A DNA stretch of 64,000 bases from a virus (taxonomy: Duplodnaviria; Caudoviricetes), in the IMG/VR virus record IMGVR_UViG_2850126897_000005, positions 1 through 64,000 of that record, one strand, 5' to 3'. Position numbers and translations under genes: made by a program. The notes beneath the pieces are model-generated. The model saw only the letters and a program-made list of their open reading frames with translations, ran no database searches and was not told where the DNA came from. How positions within the stretch are numbered: position 1 is the first letter of the stretch; every line of letters begins with the position of its first letter. This document shows positions 10,277 through 19,077 of this stretch, one piece after another.

Positions 10277-10456
10277 TTAATGGATAACAGCCGGTGCCGT
10301 TGGGTAACCCAGTTGAAGTAACAACGCTTTTTTTACCAGTGATAGCGTTTGTTCTTCTTGGCGAGTGACTTGTTGAGTCGATGCTGTGGTCCACTCTACA
10401 CTGCATTTATTGTTAGCTTCATCGTGAGTGATGATGACTTCTAATTTCATGGCCAT
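10277..10456 (-). CDS. Phage hypothetical protein
   Basis: AGGAG RBS before ATG 10456. Confidence 0.55.
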   Translation of the reverse strand: MAMKLEVIITHDEANNKCSVEWTTASTQQVTRQEEQTLSLVKKALLLQLGYPTAPAVIH

Positions 10457-10501
10457 AAAAATATCTCCTGATAATGCGCCCATTGCAGGGCGCTATAGGT
10501 A

Positions 10502-11002
10502 TTAACGAACCTGTAGAGTACGTGCACCAGTTTCAAGGTGTGCACCATCTATAGTTTCACCTTTATCAATACGTTCTTTAATTGCTTTTTTATCGGGCGC
10601 AGTAATAGTTTGAACATCAACTAATTCGTCAGGAAGTAACGATTCATCATCAATGACAACGGATACAGTGCCTTTTCTTGCTGTAAAGGTATTTCTCAGT
10701 GTTTTTAAGCTATCTTTACCAGATGTTAATAAACACGTTAAGGCATACTGCTTTAAGTTTTTAATTTGATTATCAAATTGGTTTTTACGCTCAGCTAGGC
10801 GTTTAGATTCTTTACTTAGGGTTTCAGCTTGTCCTTCAATATTACGAACATGGACCATAATTGCGTCTAACTTGTCGCCTAATTCGCCCTCAAGACCCTC
10901 TAAGGTATCGGCAACATCCTCTGCTGTGAATTCACCTGTTTCGACGAGTTGTTGTAATTTGCTGTAGTCAGCAGCCATTGCAATAGCAGTTGTCTTGGTC
11001 AT
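10502..11002 (-). CDS. Siphovirus Gp157-family protein
   Basis: Coiled coil with DTLEGLEGE...K.D and C-terminal DKKAIKE...G.TIDGAHLE motif. Confidence 0.8.
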   Translation of the reverse strand: MTKTTAIAMAADYSKLQQLVETGEFTAEDVADTLEGLEGELGDKLDAIMVHVRNIEGQAETLSKESKRLAERKNQFDNQIKNLKQYALTCLLTSGKDSLKTLRNTFTARKGTVSVVIDDESLLPDELVDVQTITAPDKKAIKERIDKGETIDGAHLETGARTLQVR

Positions 11003-12966
11003 TAGATTGCCTCTTCTTTTTGTTTCAGTTGGTCTAAACACTCTTTTTCAATTTCATTTAGTCGGCGTAGACGGCCGTTTAAATATTTTTCATATTCACT
11101 GTCGCCACGTTGTTTGGCCAACTTGGCATGCGTTGATATTTCACGGGTGAGGGTGGATGTGATACCCCGTAATTCGTTTGGCGTCACTGCACTGCGCATC
11201 GTTTCAGTGTGTCGCGTGAACTTCTCATCTAACTCTTTGCGAATGCGGGTCGCATCTTCAGCGTTATCGCTGGCGGCTTTAATTTCATACTCGAGCTTAT
11301 TACTCGCCACATATTCAGGGTTATCATGCATTCCCATATAGACGTCAGAGCTAAAGCCAAGCATGGAAAGTGCTTTTTTGATGGAATCGGTGAGTGATTT
11401 TTTTATCACTTCACTGTCCGTTCTTATTCCTTGCTTGGTCTGATAGCGATAAGGTGTGGCACCGTAACTCTCAAACTCACCACGAGTTTCGCCTTCGATG
11501 ATGTACCAAAAGCGGATCTTGATTGAGTGATTTTGTTCAAAGAGTAATGTTCCATCCCCATCACGCAGGAACCTCATTGCGACTTGTTTATGGTGGGCAT
11601 CGAGTACGGGCTCGACAAGCGGCTTTCCATCAATCATTTTTTCTTCAATGATTTCATAACCCCAGCCTTCACCTATTGGGCCAAATATTTCAGTCGCACG
11701 CATAAACATATAGGTGCTGTTGATACTGGTACCAACAAAGCCCATACCATCAAGTGGTTTGGTAAAGCGTGAATCAGTACGTTGTACTTGCTTCCAAATA
11801 TTAAGGTGGTTTGTATTACCGCTATTAAGCACCTCATCAAGTACTGCTGCGCGTTGTTGAAAGTCATCTTGTTCAGTGGCAATTGGCGTAGGAACAACAG
11901 GTGTCTCAATCACAACTGGTTCTTTTTCTACTCTAGCCGGTGTGTCTTTTTTCTTGCTGGTGCGCTTTGGTTTCTCTGTTTTAGCCGGTTGCTCAGGTGT
12001 TTCATCATTAGCCGGCTTAGCATCTAAATTATCAACAGCGAAACGGCCACTACCGAGAGATGTTACTTTTGGGCTGTTGGCACTAAGTTTTGAATCGATA
12101 AACGCTTTACGGGCATTCGCATCATCAAATAGTTCGGGCTTTTCGCGTGCCTCAGCCACTAGTGCAAAGATGTTCTCGCGAGGGATATCTAGAACGCTAG
12201 GGAATGTGCGTAAATCCATTGATAAACGCTTCCATGCTTTATCTTCAGCGCTGATGAGTTCTTTTGCTTTGCGAATATCTGCACTTTTTGCATCGCTTGG
12301 TTTAACATCCATGAGAGCGAGGGCAATTTCGAGGTCAAGAGCGGCATAATCACGTTTAAGAACAGGCTCATCTTCAACGGGGGGTAGTTCAGGCTCCTCG
12401 GTTAACCAACTTTCACCAAGCGCCTTAGCTTCTTCGATAGTGACATTATCGTCAGCATACTCATAAACCGCCTGCGCGATTTCCATCGTGGCTTCAGCAT
12501 CCATTAATGAAACTTTGGTGATTTCAGCAAGGCCAGTGGCGATATGTCGAATCTTTGGCGCTTCTTTACTTTCATTGAGATATTTCAATGTTGAAGTGTA
12601 TTCATTATCAGTAATTTGAGTTTTACCAAACATCAGTAAAGCAGCTACGCGGGGTTTAGTTGCAAGCTTTTTAAATTCTTTATATTTAATGGGTTGCCAT
12701 TTTTCGCCGTCAAATTCATTTTCAACAGCAAATTTTTCATCGAACTGATCGAGCGCAGGGCGAGGGGAACCGACAGCATCCTCACAAATAATAGGCTCAT
12801 CGATATTAAAGTTATCCATAGAATCAGGGTAAGCTTCTGATAGCTTAATCATTGCTGTTGCTGCCGCAATTTTGGCATTCGCTGCATTGAAAGCGATGGT
12901 TAAAGGTATAGCGCCATTGGTTCGAGCCTCGGTCGTAGGCTCAAATACACAGATAAAAGTTGTCAT
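11002..12966 (-). CDS. RecE-N-like domain fused to Rad52/Sak-like single-strand annealing domain
   Basis: N-terminus resembles the exonuclease VIII N-region; C-terminal TSIN..Y...ATEIFGPIG.GWG and KK..TD.IKKALS.LGF..DVY motifs. Confidence 0.7.
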   Translation of the reverse strand: MTTFICVFEPTTEARTNGAIPLTIAFNAANAKIAAATAMIKLSEAYPDSMDNFNIDEPIICEDAVGSPRPALDQFDEKFAVENEFDGEKWQPIKYKEFKKLATKPRVAALLMFGKTQITDNEYTSTLKYLNESKEAPKIRHIATGLAEITKVSLMDAEATMEIAQAVYEYADDNVTIEEAKALGESWLTEEPELPPVEDEPVLKRDYAALDLEIALALMDVKPSDAKSADIRKAKELISAEDKAWKRLSMDLRTFPSVLDIPRENIFALVAEAREKPELFDDANARKAFIDSKLSANSPKVTSLGSGRFAVDNLDAKPANDETPEQPAKTEKPKRTSKKKDTPARVEKEPVVIETPVVPTPIATEQDDFQQRAAVLDEVLNSGNTNHLNIWKQVQRTDSRFTKPLDGMGFVGTSINSTYMFMRATEIFGPIGEGWGYEIIEEKMIDGKPLVEPVLDAHHKQVAMRFLRDGDGTLLFEQNHSIKIRFWYIIEGETRGEFESYGATPYRYQTKQGIRTDSEVIKKSLTDSIKKALSMLGFSSDVYMGMHDNPEYVASNKLEYEIKAASDNAEDATRIRKELDEKFTRHTETMRSAVTPNELRGITSTLTREISTHAKLAKQRGDSEYEKYLNGRLRRLNEIEKECLDQLKQKEEAI

Positions 12967-12978
12967 TGGTCTTGCCTC

Positions 12979-13311
12979 TTAATAAGGGATTTGTTCGTCA
13001 GTTTTAGAAATGGGTTTGCCTTCTAAACACAGCAGCATTTGGATCTGGTCTTCCAGTAAGCTTGATTTCACCTGCGCATCAGCAAGAATTTTGTTCTGCT
13101 CGGCTTTGAGTGCATTTATTTCTAACTGAACAAGTTCTGCATTGGTTGGTTCTGTAAAAGGAATTTCAGTAACGTGTTCAGCAATAACAAAGCCTAAACC
13201 TGATTTCACATCAGACTTAAATGCATAGGCGTTGAATTGATATGAACCATCAGGTTGCTTCTGTGCATGAATGTATAAGGTGACACTTAGGGTTTTAGGT
13301 TGTGCTTTCAT
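12979..13311 (-). CDS. Phage hypothetical protein
   Basis: AAGGAG RBS; 110 aa. Confidence 0.7.
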   Translation of the reverse strand: MKAQPKTLSVTLYIHAQKQPDGSYQFNAYAFKSDVKSGLGFVIAEHVTEIPFTEPTNAELVQLEINALKAEQNKILADAQVKSSLLEDQIQMLLCLEGKPISKTDEQIPY

Positions 13312-13334
13312 AGCAGCTCCTTTAAAATAACTGT

Positions 13335-13450
13335 GATCAGTGATTTATCATTGGTCTTGCCTCTTCTAGCGTTTGGTCGCGCTAGTAGAACTCTCGGTTA
13401 GCTTTGGTCGGCGACCCGAGGTAAAGGAACCCACTTCGGTGGGTTTTTTT
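13335..13450 (+). ncRNA. Candidate antisense small RNA
   Basis: Possible promoter TTGTGC(13300)-17 bp-TAAAAT(13323); anti-RBS segment; two hairpins with identical TTTGGTCG loops; cTTCGg terminator with T-run; 5' end inferred. Confidence 0.5.
13428..13450 (+). terminator. Intrinsic terminator, plus-strand oriented
   Basis: AACCCAC-TTCG-GTGGGTT followed by TTTTT. Confidence 0.8.
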
Positions 13451-13569
13451 ACGTCTATAATTTGTTGCCTGATTATTTAACCTCATCAGGCAGCTGAGGT
13501 TCTCGTGTACCCCTACAGCGAGAAATCGGCTAAAATATACTCTCCCCTACAGAATGAGAGTTTTTAGTT

Positions 13570-13788
13570 ATGAGTAATAACAGTATTCAACAGCAATTAG
13601 ATGCACAGCATATTTTAATAAAAGCGATTTTTAATGTGTTAACTTCCGAGCAAAAAGAAGAAGTTAAACATCAAATTGGGCATTTAAGTCAGGCTGCAAG
13701 ATATCCTCATATTTTGGAGTCGTTTAACTCAGAAAATGCGATAGAAGAAGCCCAGAATGCCGCATTGGATTTACTTCGTATTATATAA
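13570..13788 (+). CDS. Small cargo protein opposing the pL operon (sieB-like position)
   Basis: 72-aa ORF, opposite orientation, tail overlaps 13781-14095. Confidence 0.55.
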   Translation: MSNNSIQQQLDAQHILIKAIFNVLTSEQKEEVKHQIGHLSQAARYPHILESFNSENAIEEAQNAALDLLRII

Positions 13789-14095
13789 ATCCATCACCTA
13801 GCGACCAGTTATGCCTATTTTCTTTAATTATGGTCGCTATTTCTTCATCAATAATGGCTTGATGCTTGTTGATTTCCTCAATCAATTTACGTCCTTGGCC
13901 AATAACTTTGATTCTTGTGTAGAGAAACGCATCAGTCAGCAAATCGATCCTGTCTTTAATATCCTGAAGACTACTCCCTTCATTCGCCATTCTAGGTATC
14001 ATGCTTGTGGCAATAACATTAATGTCACTCAGCACAAACCCGACGTAGTTTTTTATTTTTGCTATTTCATCTTCGTTGTTAACTTTGTTGTCCAT
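13781..14095 (-). CDS. First ORF of leftward early operon, hypothetical
   Basis: AGGA RBS; 104 aa. Confidence 0.6.
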   Translation of the reverse strand: MDNKVNNEDEIAKIKNYVGFVLSDINVIATSMIPRMANEGSSLQDIKDRIDLLTDAFLYTRIKVIGQGRKLIEEINKHQAIIDEEIATIIKENRHNWSLGDGFI

Positions 14096-14227
14096 ATTTA
14101 TTTCCTATTTTGATTATATTGCCCGTCTTTCCGAACTGTCAGGTCTTGCCTCTGGCTTTGGTCTAAAAATCTTATCTGGTACTACTAAAAATTTGGTTTG
14201 AACACCTGACTAAACACTTGCTGTGTT

Positions 14228-14313
14228 TGTTTAAACAGTAAAACTTATTTAACTGAGATTAAGTTTAATTAATCAAACAGAAGAGTCAAGGAAAAAGTTC
14301 GTAAAATTAAACT
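14228..14313. promoter_or_regulatory. OL operators / pL region
   Basis: Three 18-bp sites of consensus WGTTY-N8-AAACW at 14228, 14262, 14296 (34-bp period); minus-strand TTGACT...TAAACT. Confidence 0.7.
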
Positions 14314-14329
14314 TATTTTCTTTGAGCGT

Positions 14330-14358
14330 AAAAAAACCCACGCACGGTGGGCTTTTCT
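14330..14358. terminator. Bidirectional terminator downstream of cI
   Basis: A-run, CCCAC-GCACG-GTGGG, T-rich tail. Confidence 0.7.
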
Positions 14359-14370
14359 TTAATTGTTGGT

Positions 14371-15027
14371 CTATATCAAATCTTGTTCTATTCGAACACA
14401 CACACCTATAATTTCACAGGCATCATCAAAAGGGATCGGTTTATAATTAGGGTTGATTGGCATTAAATATTCATTGGGCCCATCAACAACATATTGTTTT
14501 ACCGTTGTTTCATTACTATCTTTTAATCGGGCAACGACAATCCGACCATTATAAATATCCTTTTCAGGGTCTACTATGACAATAGCCCCTTCTGGTATTG
14601 AGATGCGACTACGACCAGTTGTATCTACCATTGAATTCCCTACTACTCGCAAGGAAAATGAACTACCTGAAACTTTAGCGGTTGTTTCAATCCACTCGGT
14701 AAACTCGTCAAAACGCTGCTCAATCATGTCTTTCCATCGCCCTGCTTGTACATAGGAAACTAGTGGAACTCTCCTAGTTATATCAGGACCAAGAGTTACA
14801 TTCCCTTTAATTTCCTCAATCAACCCTCCATCTATTAGCCACTTCTCAGTGACTCCAAGTACAGTTGCTAATGATGATAAGAATTTTGCAGACGGCTCGG
14901 TACCACCGTTAACCCACTGGCTGACGGTTCCTTTTGATGCGCCTGTCGCATCCATGATGTGCTTACTTTTTAATTTTAACTCCCGCATCCTCAGGTTAAT
15001 GCGGTCGCTCATTGTTTGTATTGTCAT
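14371..15027 (-). CDS. cI: CI-like repressor with S24 autopeptidase domain
   Basis: HTH (GASKGTVSQW), VQAG cleavage site, GNSM Ser and TVK Lys catalytic residues. Confidence 0.92.
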   Translation of the reverse strand: MTIQTMSDRINLRMRELKLKSKHIMDATGASKGTVSQWVNGGTEPSAKFLSSLATVLGVTEKWLIDGGLIEEIKGNVTLGPDITRRVPLVSYVQAGRWKDMIEQRFDEFTEWIETTAKVSGSSFSLRVVGNSMVDTTGRSRISIPEGAIVIVDPEKDIYNGRIVVARLKDSNETTVKQYVVDGPNEYLMPINPNYKPIPFDDACEIIGVCVRIEQDLI

Positions 15028-15090
15028 GTTTATATAATTAAACAAATTAAGTTTAATTTCTTGACTTTCTATAGTTTATTTATTTAAACT
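15027..15090. promoter_or_regulatory. OR operators / pR region
   Basis: Three related 18-bp sites at 15027, 15050 (degenerate) and 15073 (23-bp period); TTGACT at 15061 and TAAACT at 15085. Confidence 0.7.
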
Positions 15091-15119
15091 TTAGACCGTT
15101 TAAATAAATGGAGAAAACG

Positions 15120-15305
15120 ATGAAAAAGCAAGATGTCCTTAAATATTTTGGCGGTACAACAAAAACTGCCACTGCATTAGGTGTTTCAAAATCAACAGTA
15201 AGCCTATGGAAGGAAACTATCCCTTGGAAATATGCACTATTGATTGAAAAAATCACTAACGGTTCATTGTTAGCGAGTATACCTACAAATCCAGTTTTAA
15301 ATTGA
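15120..15305 (+). CDS. cro: Cro-like repressor
   Basis: KYFGG..KTA.ALGVSKSTVSLW HTH, divergent from cI. Confidence 0.85.
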   Translation: MKKQDVLKYFGGTTKTATALGVSKSTVSLWKETIPWKYALLIEKITNGSLLASIPTNPVLN

Positions 15306-15343
15306 TTTGTCTTAATCAATTTTGCGACAGGAGACGCGAGTAG

Positions 15344-15799
15344 ATGAATTTTGATATCGATATTGTCCGCTCTGAAATTGAGAGCTGGGCTACAGAACAT
15401 GGTCAAGAGCATGTGGCGATAGAGATAAGCCGTGCGTATTTGCAGATCACACGAGACAAATCACAGAGCCGCTTGCATGTGATTGAAGATGAACGAGGGC
15501 AAGCGGATTGGAAAGCGATTAACAATAACCGACAGCAGATATTTCGTTGGTTGCGAGGCGATTCGAACGCATCAATGAAGAAATTAGCAGAGCTGATGCC
15601 TGCGATTGAAATGGCGTTGCCAGCTTCGAGGTTAGCTCGAGTGCGAGGCGACACTAAAAACTATTTAGCATCAGTGGCCATACAGCGATTTGCAGAAGCT
15701 ATGACCGAAATTTTATTAGAGGGGCGTGACATGTCACACCGAATAAATAATGCCGTTAACGCACTCAATGCAATATCACGCCCGACCAGCGTGCACTAA
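15344..15799 (+). CDS. CII-position regulator, YdaT-like
   Basis: Position after cro; NNRQQIFRWL motif. Confidence 0.65.
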   Translation: MNFDIDIVRSEIESWATEHGQEHVAIEISRAYLQITRDKSQSRLHVIEDERGQADWKAINNNRQQIFRWLRGDSNASMKKLAELMPAIEMALPASRLARVRGDTKNYLASVAIQRFAEAMTEILLEGRDMSHRINNAVNALNAISRPTSVH

Positions 15800-15816
15800 T
15801 TCAAGAGGCAAGACCA

Positions 15817-16041
15817 ATGCTAAGAACGACTGAATTGATTACCTATTGCAATGGTTTTTTATTGAATGGAAAGCCAGCAGACAGAAAACAAATCGAAGAT
15901 ATTTTCGAGGGAAGAAGGGCGATAGCGCTCAATATTGGGGAGCAATACGAACAACAAAAACAAAAGCTACTTTTAAAGAAATTGTCGCCTGAGCAGTACC
16001 AGAACGCTTGTCGCGATATCGCTAAAGCGCTGGGGGTGTGA
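15817..16041 (+). CDS. Phage hypothetical protein abutting replication gene
   Basis: GAGGCAAGACCA-ATG; stop is 1 nt before the O start. Confidence 0.7.
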   Translation: MLRTTELITYCNGFLLNGKPADRKQIEDIFEGRRAIALNIGEQYEQQKQKLLLKKLSPEQYQNACRDIAKALGV

Positions 16042-16042
16042 A

Positions 16043-16873
16043 ATGAGACCATCAGACTTGTTACTCGATTTTGGGCGACCAGTGGCTTACTACCCTGGTC
16101 TTGTTAAACGCTTTGGTAGCGTCAATGCGGTGATATTTTTCAGCCAGATATTTTATTGGCAGGATAAAACGGATTCTGAATTAGGGGTCTATAAGTCATC
16201 TGAGGACATTACGGCCGAAACGGGGTTAAGCTATCGCGAGCAACTCACCGCCAGAAAGCACCTCGTTAAACGTGGGATTTTAATTGAAACGGATAGGCGT
16301 TTAGAACACAAAATATATTACCGTATAGATTGTGACCAACTTGACCAAATAATGTCGCAACCTATTGATAAAGTCCCAAATGCGCAAAGCGCAATCGGGG
16401 AAAGTCACAATGGGGATTTGGCGAAACAACAAAATGAACAGCCGCCACAAGACAAATTCGACGGTGGCGGTGAAACAAATCCGCAGTTCGATCCTACAGA
16501 GATTACAACAGAGAATACTACAGAGAATACTAATGGTACGTCAGGTCGTGCTGACGAACCCAAACCATCATCAAAAATAAAATTAGATTATGGCTCTATC
16601 CTTGAGGCTTATCACTGCATTCTGCCTGATATGCCATCGGTTAAAGTGATGACTGATGCACGAAAACGGACGCTGAGAAACTTTTGGCTAAAATTTAAAT
16701 TTAACCAGGAACGTTGGGAAAATTACTTGTCGTACATTGCGAATCATTGTCGCTGGATGACAGAAGATCGTGATAACGGCCGTGGTGGTTTATGGCGTCG
16801 CAAGAACTTGGATTACCTGATCACTGAACGCTGCTATGTGGCGGTCAAGGAGGAGCGAGCCAATGACAAATAA
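16043..16873 (+). CDS. Replication initiator (O-like)
   Basis: N-terminal wHTH; TEIT-TENT-TENT linker (12-bp repeats ~16496-16531); C-terminal YH.ILPDMP / NLDYL motifs. Confidence 0.8.
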   Translation: MRPSDLLLDFGRPVAYYPGLVKRFGSVNAVIFFSQIFYWQDKTDSELGVYKSSEDITAETGLSYREQLTARKHLVKRGILIETDRRLEHKIYYRIDCDQLDQIMSQPIDKVPNAQSAIGESHNGDLAKQQNEQPPQDKFDGGGETNPQFDPTEITTENTTENTNGTSGRADEPKPSSKIKLDYGSILEAYHCILPDMPSVKVMTDARKRTLRNFWLKFKFNQERWENYLSYIANHCRWMTEDRDNGRGGLWRRKNLDYLITERCYVAVKEERANDK

Positions 16874-18272
16874 TTATTTTGTTCCTCCCTGTAACCTTGA
16901 AGCTGAACAAGCGGTTTTAGGTGGTTTGATGATTAGCACAGACGAAGATAAGCGTCAGCATGTTATTTCGCTAATTAAACCTGAATCATTCTATCAGTGG
17001 TCACATAATCGGATTTTTGCAGAGATAGTTCGACTGATTAAAACCAATCAGCCTACTGATGTAATTACCGTAAGCGATGCGCTAACAGCTAATGGTGATT
17101 TAGACAATGTTGGTGGATTCGCCTATGTCGCTGAGCTTTGCATGTTACCAACAGCAGCAAACATAGTGAATTATGCAAGGATCATTCGTGATAAGGCCAT
17201 ACAGCGTTATGCGATTAATAATCTCAATAATTGCGTTGAAATGTTGATGGCCAATGATGGGCTTGAAGTGAGTAATAAACTCGCTAATGTACAGCAAGTT
17301 GTTTCAAGTATTATTGAACATGCGAAAACTGGAAAAAGTAAAGGGCTTAGACCTGCTCGTGATGTAGTAGAGGACTGGATTGAAGAAGTTGAAAGGCGTT
17401 TTGATGATCCGACGAATGCCGCTGGTTTTACTTTAGGTATCGAATCACTTGATGACTTAATGGCTCCCAAGCAAGCGCTAAGAGGATCTTTAATCGTTGT
17501 GGGTGCTAGACCTAAAATGGGAAAAACAGCTTTCTACAACCGCGTAGCCACACATTTTGCCCTAAACCATCGGTTACCTACATTGTTGTTTAGTTTGGAA
17601 ATGACGGACAGGGGGATCATTGAGCGCATGATTGCTCAAGAGGGGGGAGTCTCCGCAGATATATTCTATACCGGTGCGCATGATGATATGGAAATGGCGC
17701 GGGCGTTAGCAAGAGCTGAAGAAATCGCAGAGTCGAATATGTACATCGACAGCACTCCTGGTGTTGATTTGCACCATATTATTGCGGAGTGTCGAAAGGT
17801 AAAAAGAGTTAAAGGGAAAATTGGGCTCATTGCTGTGGATTACCTGACATTAATCAAAGCTGCCCCAGCAGAACGCCGCGATATTGCCTACGGTGACATT
17901 ACAACAGGTTTAAAAAACTTAGCCAAGGAAATGGATTGTGTGGTCCTGTTACTTACCCAGCTTAACCGTAAACTGGAAGAACGAGCTGATAAACGACCAA
18001 CACCTGCAGATAGTCGAGATACAGGACAAATTGAGCAAGATTGTGATGTTTGGATAGGTTTATACCGTGATGCGGTTTATAACAACAATGCAGATAAATC
18101 GTTGATGGAAATTATTCTTCGTTTAAATCGTGATGGTAACACTGGAACCGCTCATGGGCAGCTGGTGGATTCGTATATCAAAAATATTAGCCAAGGTGAG
18201 GTGGAAAGGTTGTCGTTTAAGGGGCTGGACAAAGGAAGAGGATATTTAAAGAAAGGGACGCAAGCGTTTTGA
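16863..18272 (+). CDS. Replicative DNA helicase, DnaB-like
   Basis: EAEQAVLGG, GARPKMGKT Walker A, DYL, QLNR, IEQDCD. Confidence 0.92.
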   Translation: MTNNYFVPPCNLEAEQAVLGGLMISTDEDKRQHVISLIKPESFYQWSHNRIFAEIVRLIKTNQPTDVITVSDALTANGDLDNVGGFAYVAELCMLPTAANIVNYARIIRDKAIQRYAINNLNNCVEMLMANDGLEVSNKLANVQQVVSSIIEHAKTGKSKGLRPARDVVEDWIEEVERRFDDPTNAAGFTLGIESLDDLMAPKQALRGSLIVVGARPKMGKTAFYNRVATHFALNHRLPTLLFSLEMTDRGIIERMIAQEGGVSADIFYTGAHDDMEMARALARAEEIAESNMYIDSTPGVDLHHIIAECRKVKRVKGKIGLIAVDYLTLIKAAPAERRDIAYGDITTGLKNLAKEMDCVVLLLTQLNRKLEERADKRPTPADSRDTGQIEQDCDVWIGLYRDAVYNNNADKSLMEIILRLNRDGNTGTAHGQLVDSYIKNISQGEVERLSFKGLDKGRGYLKKGTQAF

Positions 18273-18351
18273 GTTATTCGTTGATTAATAGATATAGCTT
18301 ATCTTTTAGGTATAATGTTTATAGTCATAAAATAGATGAAAGATAATATTA

Positions 18352-19041
18352 ATGAAAAAAAATTTTAGTAAATTGGAAGAAAAATTTAAACATTTCATAT
18401 CAACAAGTCTGGGGAGCATATGTTTAGATGATATGAAAGAAAGTTTTGAAAAAGGAGATGGCAGGCAATATCAAATGGCTGATTTTCTTCTCAAAAAGGA
18501 TAAAATTATTTTAGAAATGAAGACATTATTTAGCGATAGAAGTCAAATTGTTAATGAAAAGCTTAATGATTTAACAAAAACAGATTTGTGGTTGAAAAAT
18601 AATTGGTATGGTGAAGTTCCTTTAGAGGAGTTAATTGAAAAACATCCTAATTCTGTTCAGTTTAGACAAAAAATATTAGATTTTGCGTATAGAAATATTA
18701 AAGAAAATATATTAAAAAAAGCGAACGAACAATTAGGGATTACAAAAAAAATTCTATCTATACCCAAAACGATAGGGGGGTTAGTATTACTGAATGACAA
18801 AGTCGTATCTTATGATTCAAACCACCTTAGTACTGAAATATTATTTCACCTTAAAACTGGTAAATTTGAAAGTATTGATTTTGTTATATTTATATCGGAA
18901 ATAAATGAAGGTTATATTGACCTTAATTTACTTTTAAATAGCAGTACAGGTAATGATGAGTATGTTAAATGGTATTTTGAAAGCAACTTTATGTTCAAAT
19001 GGGCATCATATAATAATGCGGGAATACAAATGCATAGATAA
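18352..19041 (+). CDS. Cargo protein, possible PD-(D/E)xK nuclease fold
   Basis: ADFLLKKDKIILEMK (D-x9-E-x-K); AT-rich. Confidence 0.45.
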   Translation: MKKNFSKLEEKFKHFISTSLGSICLDDMKESFEKGDGRQYQMADFLLKKDKIILEMKTLFSDRSQIVNEKLNDLTKTDLWLKNNWYGEVPLEELIEKHPNSVQFRQKILDFAYRNIKENILKKANEQLGITKKILSIPKTIGGLVLLNDKVVSYDSNHLSTEILFHLKTGKFESIDFVIFISEINEGYIDLNLLLNSSTGNDEYVKWYFESNFMFKWASYNNAGIQMHR

Positions 19042-19077
19042 AAGCATGGAGTATAAATTTAAAATGGAACAGAAATA

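Noticed and set aside
13337-13351. bar-like toxic minigene ATG ATA AAT CAC TGA
   Set aside because: Possible, but it has four sense codons rather than the two of bar, and it is explained as the complement of the antisense seed.
13335-13450. Identity with DicF sRNA
   Set aside because: The position is similar, but the sequence differs and the terminator points opposite to the pL operon, whereas DicF is on the pL strand.
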